From positions 6,123-70,122 of the forward strand of contig CAYPSA010000006.1 of assembly GCA_964413645.1 (NCBI GenBank): a DNA stretch of 64,000 nt, given 5' to 3'. Of the stretch, positions 44,949 through 52,776 are shown piece by piece (position 1 is the first letter of the stretch; each line of letters starts with the position of its first letter). Below the pieces are notes generated by a model, which saw only the letters and a program-made list of their open reading frames with translations, was not told where the DNA came from and made no database searches. This stretch comes from an uncultured Gammaproteobacteria bacterium. Lineage in GTDB: Bacteria; Patescibacteriota; Microgenomatia; UBA1406; HO2-37-13b. The position numbers were made by a program, and so were the translations under genes.

Positions 44949-45463
44949 GCAAGCACGTAATAAATCTCTTGCCTGAGAAGGACAAGGGCTTTACCGAAAA
45001 GATTCTATATTTTGCACTGCATTATTTGCGGTATATCGTTGTTATTACCCAAATCGTGGTTATTTCTGTTTTCTTCTTTCGGTTTACCATTGATCAACAA
45101 ATCGTCGATCTAAAAGAGCGCGTAAACCAGAAGCAGGAAATTATCAAACTTACTCGGCCAATTGAAGTTGAAGCAGTAGAAGTTTCAGAAAAGATGGAGT
45201 ATGTAAAAAAACAGCTGACCATGCAAAGTGCTTTTCAGGAGCGTTTAGATGTAATTTTCTCAATTGTTCCAAAGGAGATAATACTTTTTGATTTTAACGT
45301 GGTTGAAAAGAATATTTCTTTCAAAGGACGTTCAACAACTATTGATGCGATTAAATATCTAAACTCTACTTTGCAGAAAAAGAAAATCTTTAAGGCCGTG
45401 CGTATTGATACGGTAGTAAAAGGCAAAGACGGATTTGTATTTTCAATGGTAATTGATTTATGA
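44945..45463 (+). CDS. PilN-like (fimbrial assembly) single-TM protein
   Basis: N-terminal INLLPEK motif, then a TM helix and a coiled coil. ATGA overlap with the rpsT stop. Confidence 0.5.
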   Translation: MSKHVINLLPEKDKGFTEKILYFALHYLRYIVVITQIVVISVFFFRFTIDQQIVDLKERVNQKQEIIKLTRPIEVEAVEVSEKMEYVKKQLTMQSAFQERLDVIFSIVPKEIILFDFNVVEKNISFKGRSTTIDAIKYLNSTLQKKKIFKAVRIDTVVKGKDGFVFSMVIDL

Positions 45464-46035
45464 ACACTAAAGAATTGATAGAAAAGTTAACGCAAGATAC
45501 TAAGGTAAAGGACTATTCCTACGCGATTTTATTTTTTATGATATCGTCATTTTTTGCATGGTTTGTTATTAAACCGGTATTGGGAATTGCGTTTTCTCTT
45601 GATCGTCAAAAAAAAGATCTTGTAGTTATTGACTCTGTGTACGAAAAGAGTTTGAATGAACTTATTGATACTCAATCAAAACTCGAACTTATTCGCGATC
45701 GGGTAGATTTATTAGACCAAGCGTTGCCAGCCGGACCCCACACGCAAACGGTACTACTTTCAATTCAAAATGCAGCTGCAAAAACAGGCGTGAGTATGAG
45801 TAAGGTAAATATTGCTCGAATTAATTTGAAAACGAACGGAAAAACACCCGAAACATTTAGTGTGAACACCCAGATTGATGGATCGTTTGGTCAAGCGCAG
45901 GCATTTGTGCGGGAATTATTAAAACAAAGAAGGATTAAAACGATTAAAAATTTACATATGGTAAGCGTTAACGCTATGGCCGAGACTTCATCGGCAGTTC
46001 GAATTGATATTGTTGTTGAAGTTGCATATTTATAA
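45460..46035 (+). CDS. PilO-like single-TM protein
   Basis: TM helix, coiled coil and ferredoxin-like C-terminus arrangement. ATGA overlap with the upstream gene. Confidence 0.45.
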   Translation: MNTKELIEKLTQDTKVKDYSYAILFFMISSFFAWFVIKPVLGIAFSLDRQKKDLVVIDSVYEKSLNELIDTQSKLELIRDRVDLLDQALPAGPHTQTVLLSIQNAAAKTGVSMSKVNIARINLKTNGKTPETFSVNTQIDGSFGQAQAFVRELLKQRRIKTIKNLHMVSVNAMAETSSAVRIDIVVEVAYL

Positions 46036-46039
46036 AAGT

Positions 46040-46231
46040 ATGAGACAAAAAGAATTATTAATAATTTCGGTTACAGTGTTTTTTACGATTATCACGTGGA
46101 TAATTGCTGATATTTATCACGTAAGTACGACTCAAAATATTACGCCACTTGAAACGCCGTCGACAACAAATAAAACAAAAACAATTGATACATCCGTGTT
46201 AGACGTTTTACAGTCAAAAATAGATGAGTGA
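46040..46231 (+). CDS. Small single-TM protein
   Basis: MRQKELLIISVTVFFTIITWIIADIY.... ATG 46040 follows the PilO-like stop. Confidence 0.5.
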   Translation: MRQKELLIISVTVFFTIITWIIADIYHVSTTQNITPLETPSTTNKTKTIDTSVLDVLQSKIDE

Positions 46232-47549
46232 TTATTATAACTACTATCGAAGTGAACGAAAAGTGCCAGGAATTCTGGTGCTTATTTTGGTTGGTATAAT
46301 TTTTTCTATACCATTTTTCTTTATTAAGAATCAAACTCCTTCAACGAAAAGTCTTGGAGCATCAAGAGAGCGGCCATTTGAGGTAACTCATCTTAATGTT
46401 ACTGCAACAAGTGCTGATTTATTTTGGAAAACTACTGTGCCGTCGATTGATTCAATGACTGTTTGGGACAGTAATAATAAAACATTTACTGTATCTGATA
46501 TTCATGATATTGATTCAAATAAGCAGCCTCGAAAATTACATTATTTTTCACTTCGAAATTTACAGGCGAACACGAAGTATTTTATTTCTATAAGGCAAGG
46601 AGAAACTCTATTGGGCGATTCTTCAAATCCATATTTCTCTTTTACCACGCTTGCTTCTTCGTCAATTACCACATCGCTTCCACCAATTTATGGAAAGATT
46701 GTAAATGAGGCTGGTAAGGCGCAGGCGAACATGCTTCTTGTTGCTAAAATTGGTGAGGCAAATATGCTTGGAGGATTTACAAAGCCCGACGGAAGTTTTT
46801 TGGTCTCACTGTGTTGTTTGTATGACAAAAGTAACGGTACTCCTTTGAATCCCGCTCGAGATCAAGTAGTCTCACTGCATTTTGAAAATGAAGAAGGAAA
46901 AAAAGCCAAGGTCTCTGCGCCGATTTCAAAAACAAGTCCGTTCCAAGAAGCTATTGTGTTAGGACGTGATAGTAATTTAACGAATGACACTCTGGAAGAA
47001 AAACCAGTTCTTGGATCTACTACAGAAACAAATAAAGCGACAGTGCAAAACGACGAGTTAAGAATACTGTATCCAAAAGAAAGTGCAACAATCCCAGGTA
47101 AGCGACCATTGGTAAAAGGTACCGCAATTGGTGGGAGTATCGTGAAAATAAGTTTTCCATTGCAGAAACGATCGTTTGAAGTTACTGCGAATGAAAGCGG
47201 GGTTTTTGAATTAAGTACTCCTTTCGATTTGAAAGGTGGAACGCAAACGGTCGTAGCTCAAAGCAAAAATAACAGAGGTAAATTAATTTCGGTATCGCAA
47301 ACATTTACGATTCCAAAAAGTGGGGAAACAGTGCTGGGTGAAGCAACGCCTTCCGGTTCTCTTATTACGCCAACCGTTACTGTAGTTCCCACAGAGGTAA
47401 TCACACCTGAACCAACAGATGTTCTAATACCGACCTCGGCGACCACTCCTGCACCAACATTAATACCAGCCGGAATTGATTTTAGCATCTTCAGCATGAT
47501 GAGTGCGATGCTTATATTATTTGGCGTTGGTTTAATTTTGATTTTTTAA
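46224..47549 (+). CDS. Membrane-anchored surface protein with FN3-like, CarboxypepD_reg-like and Ig-like modules, and a C-terminal hydrophobic anchor
   Basis: N-terminal TM helix, FN3-like PFEVTHLNVTATSADLFWKT...NTKYFISI, IYGKIVNE...KPDGSF, a Pro/Thr linker and the C-terminal LIPAGIDFSIF plus a TM helix. Confidence 0.7.
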   Translation: MSDYYNYYRSERKVPGILVLILVGIIFSIPFFFIKNQTPSTKSLGASRERPFEVTHLNVTATSADLFWKTTVPSIDSMTVWDSNNKTFTVSDIHDIDSNKQPRKLHYFSLRNLQANTKYFISIRQGETLLGDSSNPYFSFTTLASSSITTSLPPIYGKIVNEAGKAQANMLLVAKIGEANMLGGFTKPDGSFLVSLCCLYDKSNGTPLNPARDQVVSLHFENEEGKKAKVSAPISKTSPFQEAIVLGRDSNLTNDTLEEKPVLGSTTETNKATVQNDELRILYPKESATIPGKRPLVKGTAIGGSIVKISFPLQKRSFEVTANESGVFELSTPFDLKGGTQTVVAQSKNNRGKLISVSQTFTIPKSGETVLGEATPSGSLITPTVTVVPTEVITPEPTDVLIPTSATTPAPTLIPAGIDFSIFSMMSAMLILFGVGLILIF

Positions 47550-47550
47550 T

Positions 47551-48237
47551 ATGGATATAGGAAATTTTTTGTCGTCTATTAGTACTGTAGCGATACTTGC
47601 TTTAGTTGCAACTGTATTAATTCTTTTGTTTGAGCTGCGACATCTGTTTTTTCATAAAAAAGCAGCGGCAAACCCTGAAATTCCCGACTTTGACGGTAAT
47701 ATTCATATGGCACCTGAACACGCAACGCTTATTGACGTAGACAAGATCGAAAATGGCGTTAATAAAAAGCTCATATTTCTATTGCTAATAATCATGGCGA
47801 TATTGGTCGTAATTGTAATAGGAGGATTTTTGTATGGAAAAAAGAAAGCGACTCCAAGAAGACAAGTAATGCCAGAGCCCACTGTTATACCAACTGAGAT
47901 TATTGAAATTGACCGTATTTCACCAACTTCGCCTTTTGGTGAAGTCGTCGAAATTCCTTTTGATTTATCGGGGACACCAAAGCAGGTTACAAATACACCA
48001 AAAGTAAATCCAACACAGAGTTCTATCGTTTCTGAAGATATTGTGAATACGGCAATTTCTCCTACAACACCTATTGGAGTGAGTACGATCGCCCTTGCCA
48101 CGATTGCTTCGACTCAATCAGCTCGTGCTACTAATGTTGATGCAAATCCATCACTCCCGGCAAGTGGAGGATTTTCATATTTTGCGCTCATTGCATTGGT
48201 CCCGTTTCTACTCGTAGCACTTGCGATCATATTGTAA
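47551..48237 (+). CDS. Pro/Thr-rich membrane/surface protein with a C-terminal LPASG-type anchor
   Basis: Two internal TM helices, a P/T/S-rich region, then the C-terminal SLPASGGFSYF plus a TM helix. Confidence 0.6.
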   Translation: MDIGNFLSSISTVAILALVATVLILLFELRHLFFHKKAAANPEIPDFDGNIHMAPEHATLIDVDKIENGVNKKLIFLLLIIMAILVVIVIGGFLYGKKKATPRRQVMPEPTVIPTEIIEIDRISPTSPFGEVVEIPFDLSGTPKQVTNTPKVNPTQSSIVSEDIVNTAISPTTPIGVSTIALATIASTQSARATNVDANPSLPASGGFSYFALIALVPFLLVALAIIL

Positions 48238-48238
48238 T

Positions 48239-49249
48239 TCAACAGCTCTTCTCGTTCATCTTGCATTCAATATATTTATGAAGAGTAGGGAAGTTGTTAT
48301 CTTTTGGAATTAAAACATACTTTCCAAAATAGTCATCAACCGGAGGGATTTCAAATAAGTCTTCTGAAAGCGGAATGTTAATGAGTTCTACATTTCGTGA
48401 AAGTACATATTTTTTTGCCAAAAATGCTGCAGACTCATTTTCAATGTCTCGTTCAATTGCGCTATCGAGTTCTGTATAGAGTGCTTCAAGTTTTTTTACA
48501 CTTCCGCCTTTTACAACTCCTAGAATTTTTTCGGCAAGTGCGCCAATAATTAATTGCTGTCGTTGTCCACGAGCAAAATCGGTTCCTTGTTCACCCTTAG
48601 CATTGCGTGAACGTGCGTATTTTAACGCTGTTTTACCATCCATGTATTGTTCACCTTTTTCAAATTGAATCGTTTCATATCTGCATTTGTATTCAGGATC
48701 CCCATTGCAAGTGTCATTTTCTTTTCCTTCTATTGGATATTCATTGTCGGTAAAAGCATGCTGTACGTTAATAGAAAGTCCTCCTAATAAATCGATTGTT
48801 TCGCTGAATTTATCAAAATCAACAACTACAGCATAGTGAATAGGCAAATCAACGATCGCTCCTACTTCTGATTTCGCCAAAATCATGCCCCCACCTTTTC
48901 TTTTAGCTTCTCCAAATGCGTATGCGGCATTTATTTTTTCCTCAAGTGTAGTGCTCCAAACATCTCGAGGAATTGAAATAAGAAAAAGTTTATTTTTACT
49001 TAAATCGTACGACGCTACGATAATGGAATCGGTTAAATTTGGTCCATCATGAATTGCGTCACCCTTTCCTAGCAGTAGAATGTTTACCTTGTTATCGGTA
49101 GTTTTGAATCGATTGTTTAAAAAGATTAATCGAAGTGGAGATTTGCCGGTAATTTTTCCTGCCAATGAATAAAATGGAATGAAGAAATATAGTAATGCCC
49201 CCAGGAAAATTAACACCAGTGTTAAGATCTTGATTCGATTTTTTTTCAT
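48239..49249 (-). CDS. LytR-CpsA-Psr (LCP) family cell-wall polymer ligase
   Basis: N-terminal TM helix and NILLLG.D......LTDSIIV...ISIPRD motifs. Confidence 0.85.
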   Translation of the reverse strand: MKKNRIKILTLVLIFLGALLYFFIPFYSLAGKITGKSPLRLIFLNNRFKTTDNKVNILLLGKGDAIHDGPNLTDSIIVASYDLSKNKLFLISIPRDVWSTTLEEKINAAYAFGEAKRKGGGMILAKSEVGAIVDLPIHYAVVVDFDKFSETIDLLGGLSINVQHAFTDNEYPIEGKENDTCNGDPEYKCRYETIQFEKGEQYMDGKTALKYARSRNAKGEQGTDFARGQRQQLIIGALAEKILGVVKGGSVKKLEALYTELDSAIERDIENESAAFLAKKYVLSRNVELINIPLSEDLFEIPPVDDYFGKYVLIPKDNNFPTLHKYIECKMNEKSC

Positions 49250-49905
49250 AGAAGCGCAGCTTTAATAGTAGCATAAAATTCCTGCTGGTTTAAAGAAGCG
49301 GTTCCAATGCAAACTCCCATAATTGAGTCTTGCGATATGTACTCGGAAATATTGTCTGCATTAACGGAGCCACCATATAAAAATGCAAATTTATTTTGCC
49401 GATCAATTTCCCGTTGCATTTTTAAAACAAAATCAATAGGTTGATTGTTGCCGTTTCCAATTGATGAAAGATCTTCATACACAATTATTTTCGTTTGATT
49501 TGGAATTGAATCATCATCTGAACGAACGAGGATAATTGGTTCAATCCCAAATGTTTTTGCCCATTTTGTTTTTTGATGAACAGCTTCGTTTGACTCTGCA
49601 AAGAGTTTGCGTCGTTCACTATGGCCGATGAGAACGTATTCCGCAAGTCCATACAACATTTGAGCAGAAACTTCTCCTGTGTATGACCCAGTCTCAAAAC
49701 GCGATACATCTTGAGCGGCAACATTCATAAATGTATACTGATCGGTAACCCGCTTAACACTTTCAAGTGCATGGAAAGGTGCTGCAATAATAATTTTAAA
49801 TTGGTCTTTGATTTCAGAAAAGTCATTTTTCACGAATTCCGACATCCATTCATTGGCATCGCCGATAGTTTTGTGCGCTTTCCAATTAGCAATAATGTAT
49901 TTCAT
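49246..49905 (-). CDS. tpiA: Triose-phosphate isomerase (short, 219 aa)
   Basis: ANWKAHK (Lys), IGHSERR (His) and VYEDLSSIGNG (Glu loop, divergent). TGcTATAAT lies 6 nt upstream of the ATG. Confidence 0.8.
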   Translation of the reverse strand: MKYIIANWKAHKTIGDANEWMSEFVKNDFSEIKDQFKIIIAAPFHALESVKRVTDQYTFMNVAAQDVSRFETGSYTGEVSAQMLYGLAEYVLIGHSERRKLFAESNEAVHQKTKWAKTFGIEPIILVRSDDDSIPNQTKIIVYEDLSSIGNGNNQPIDFVLKMQREIDRQNKFAFLYGGSVNADNISEYISQDSIMGVCIGTASLNQQEFYATIKAALL

Positions 49906-49957
49906 GGTATGATTATAGCACTTACAACGATCGTACAGATCTCACTAACCTGTCTAT

Positions 49958-51748
49958 ATGCCTAAATTTACATTCAATGAACTTAATGATCAACAACGAG
50001 AAGCCGTTGAAGCGGTAAAGGGACCTTCGATTATTCTCGCAGGTGCGGGATCAGGGAAGACTCGTGTGCTAACAAGTAAAGTAAAAAATTTGATTCAAAA
50101 TTATAACGTAGATCCATTACATATCATGATGGTTACCTTCACCAATAAGGCTGCTGCAGAAATGAAGGAGCGGGTTGGAGAGAAACTTGGTTTTATTGGA
50201 ACATTTCATTCATTTGGAGTTCGAGTATTACGTCGTTTCGCTCCGCTTGCACATCTTGATCCAGAATTCATTATTTACGACCGTGACGATCAAGAGTCGC
50301 TAATAAAAGAAGTATTAGTAGAGCTTGAGATAGACAAAAAATATACACCTGCATTTTTCTTAGGTAGAATTTCTAGTGCCAAAGATGAGCTGATTTCTCC
50401 GGCAAAATATCAAGAAATGTTTAAAGATTTCTTGGGTAAAATGGTTGGACCTGTTTATGCTTTATATCAAAAAAAGTTGGAACGAAATAATGCAGTCGAT
50501 TTTGACGACTTAATTTACAAAGTCGTTAATCTTCTTAAATCCAATGAATCCGTGTTGGATTTTTATCAAAAGCAATTTCAATATATTCTTGTTGATGAGT
50601 TTCAAGATACAAATTTTGCTCAATATTTACTTACGAAACTTCTTGGTCGAGCGGATCAGAATGTAACGATTGTTGGGGACTTTTCGCAAAGTATCTACTC
50701 GTGGCGAGGCGCGCAAATTAAGAATCTTGAGAAATTTAAAACAGACTTTGAAGATGCACAGACTTTTTATTTGGAGGAAAATTATCGATCAACTCAAAAA
50801 ATTTTGGATTTTGCATATGACATAATTTCTCAGAATGAAACGCATCCAATTTTAAAAGTGTTTACACAACAAGGTGGTGGGGAAGAGGTGGTAATTGAGG
50901 AGCTTGAAAATGAAGAATATGAGGCTCTGTATGTTGCGGCTCAGATTGAGAATGCAGTGTCGCAAGGCGATCGTGAGTATGATTCATTTGCTGTTTTGTA
51001 TCGCATCAATGCGCAATCGCGAGCAATCGAAGAAGCATTTTTACATATGGGAATTCCATATGTTCTTATTGGCGGAACACGGTTTTATGAGCGAAAGGAA
51101 GTAAAAGATGTTTTGTCGTATTTGCGATTGTTGGCTAACGAACGAGATTCTGTTTCACAGGCGCGTGTAGAAAAAATTGGAAAAAGGCGATTTGATAGTT
51201 TCAAGATTTTGTACGAAGTGATGCGCGACAAACTTCAAACAACTCCCACACTTGAAATCATCGATGCCATTCTTGAGAGGACGAGATATACCGAACTATA
51301 CAATGGAGATCAGGAAGATGACATCGCACGACTCGAAAACATTAAGGAACTTCGTTCGGTTGCGCTGAATTTTCCATCGCTACACGATTTCTTGGAACAA
51401 GTTGCATTAGTTGAATCTGAGTATTCTCAGAATGAGAAGAATAATCGTGAGAAAAAAGGAGTTCGTTTAATGACACTTCACCAGGCTAAGGGTTTGGAGT
51501 TTCCTTTTGTATTTATTGTAGGACTTGAAGAAGGGATTCTTCCACATAGTAGAGCAGTTGATGATTTATATGAGCTTGAAGAGGAGCGAAGACTCTTTTA
51601 TGTGGGTATTACTCGAGCTCGTGAAAAGCTCCATATAACCCATTCTCGTAAACGATTTATGTTTGGACGAAGAAATTACAGTCAAAAATCGCGCTTTTTA
51701 GATGATACAATTACAGCATCTGCAGATCCAATTACTGATTGGGACTAA
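49958..51748 (+). CDS. UvrD/PcrA/Rep-family SF1 DNA helicase (compact, 596 aa)
   Basis: AGAGSGKT, VDEFQDTN, TLHQAKGLEF and YVGITRA motifs. Confidence 0.85.
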   Translation: MPKFTFNELNDQQREAVEAVKGPSIILAGAGSGKTRVLTSKVKNLIQNYNVDPLHIMMVTFTNKAAAEMKERVGEKLGFIGTFHSFGVRVLRRFAPLAHLDPEFIIYDRDDQESLIKEVLVELEIDKKYTPAFFLGRISSAKDELISPAKYQEMFKDFLGKMVGPVYALYQKKLERNNAVDFDDLIYKVVNLLKSNESVLDFYQKQFQYILVDEFQDTNFAQYLLTKLLGRADQNVTIVGDFSQSIYSWRGAQIKNLEKFKTDFEDAQTFYLEENYRSTQKILDFAYDIISQNETHPILKVFTQQGGGEEVVIEELENEEYEALYVAAQIENAVSQGDREYDSFAVLYRINAQSRAIEEAFLHMGIPYVLIGGTRFYERKEVKDVLSYLRLLANERDSVSQARVEKIGKRRFDSFKILYEVMRDKLQTTPTLEIIDAILERTRYTELYNGDQEDDIARLENIKELRSVALNFPSLHDFLEQVALVESEYSQNEKNNREKKGVRLMTLHQAKGLEFPFVFIVGLEEGILPHSRAVDDLYELEEERRLFYVGITRAREKLHITHSRKRFMFGRRNYSQKSRFLDDTITASADPITDWD

Positions 51749-51751
51749 CAT

Positions 51752-52756
51752 ATGAAAATAGAAATATTACCCGATGATTTTAATCAGGAATTATACAATT
51801 CTGTCGCTATTCATCCGCTACAATCATGGCAATGGGGAGAAGCTCGAAAGAAAATGGGAATTCGGGTTATGAGAGTTGGGGTATTTGTTGGCGAAGAGTT
51901 AAGAAATGTTTTTCAAGTTACATTTCACTCCATACCAAAAACTCCTTTTACCATTGGATATTTACCAAGAAGTACATTTCCCAATAAAGACGTTTTACAT
52001 TTTTTGCAGAAAGAAGGAAAGAAGCGAAACTGCATTTTTATCAAAGTAGAGCCATATGTTTCTAAAGGGCAGCCGAGCCAACTTTTTCATCCGGATTTAG
52101 TAAAGTCGCCTCATCCACTCTTTCCAAAGTTTACACAAATACTTGACCTTACCCTTTCTGAAAGTGAGCTATTAAAGCGTCTTAAGTCAAAAACTCGATA
52201 CAACATTGGTATTGCGCAAAAGAGGGGAGTCGAAATTAGAGAAATGACCAGTGATGAGGGATTTTCAATTTTTTCCGGATTATTTTTTGACACAGCAAGT
52301 CGGCAAAAATACTACGGTCACAATAGGGAATACCACAAAGTTATTTTTGACTCATTAAAAGGGAGTATGGCACATATTTTGATTGCTTTATATCGAGCGC
52401 ATGGGAAGCTTACTCCCCTAGCCGCTTACGAACTCTTCATATTTAACGACGTTATGTATTATCCATATGGTGGTTCATCTGTTGATTATCGTAATGTAAT
52501 GGCTCCTAATTTACTTATGTGGGAAGCGATTTTATTTGCAAAAAACCATGGTTGTAAAAAATTCGACATGTGGGGATCATTACCGCCCGACTATGACCCG
52601 AATGATTCATGGAGTGGTTTTACGCGGTTCAAGCAGGGATACGGAACGGAATTTATTGAATTTGTAAGCGGGAGAGATTTGATAATATCGCAGCCGCTGT
52701 ACCATTTATATAATCTTGCTCATACAATTCGAAAAAAAGTCTTACGAATGGGGTAA
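51752..52756 (+). CDS. FemAB-family peptidoglycan interpeptide-bridge aminoacyltransferase
   Basis: SWQWGE, TRYNIGIAQKRGVEI and FKQGYG motifs. Confidence 0.75.
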   Translation: MKIEILPDDFNQELYNSVAIHPLQSWQWGEARKKMGIRVMRVGVFVGEELRNVFQVTFHSIPKTPFTIGYLPRSTFPNKDVLHFLQKEGKKRNCIFIKVEPYVSKGQPSQLFHPDLVKSPHPLFPKFTQILDLTLSESELLKRLKSKTRYNIGIAQKRGVEIREMTSDEGFSIFSGLFFDTASRQKYYGHNREYHKVIFDSLKGSMAHILIALYRAHGKLTPLAAYELFIFNDVMYYPYGGSSVDYRNVMAPNLLMWEAILFAKNHGCKKFDMWGSLPPDYDPNDSWSGFTRFKQGYGTEFIEFVSGRDLIISQPLYHLYNLAHTIRKKVLRMG

Positions 52757-52776
52757 CCCGCATGCCGGCAGGCAGA

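Noticed and set aside
52757-52776. A GC-rich near-palindrome (GCATGCCGGCAGGC) in the 20-nt gap between the convergent femAB-like and helicase-nuclease genes was considered as a bidirectional terminator.
   Set aside because: It is too short, there is no loop once the palindromic core TGCCGGCA is paired, and there are no flanking T/A tracts. It is noted only as a compositional oddity.
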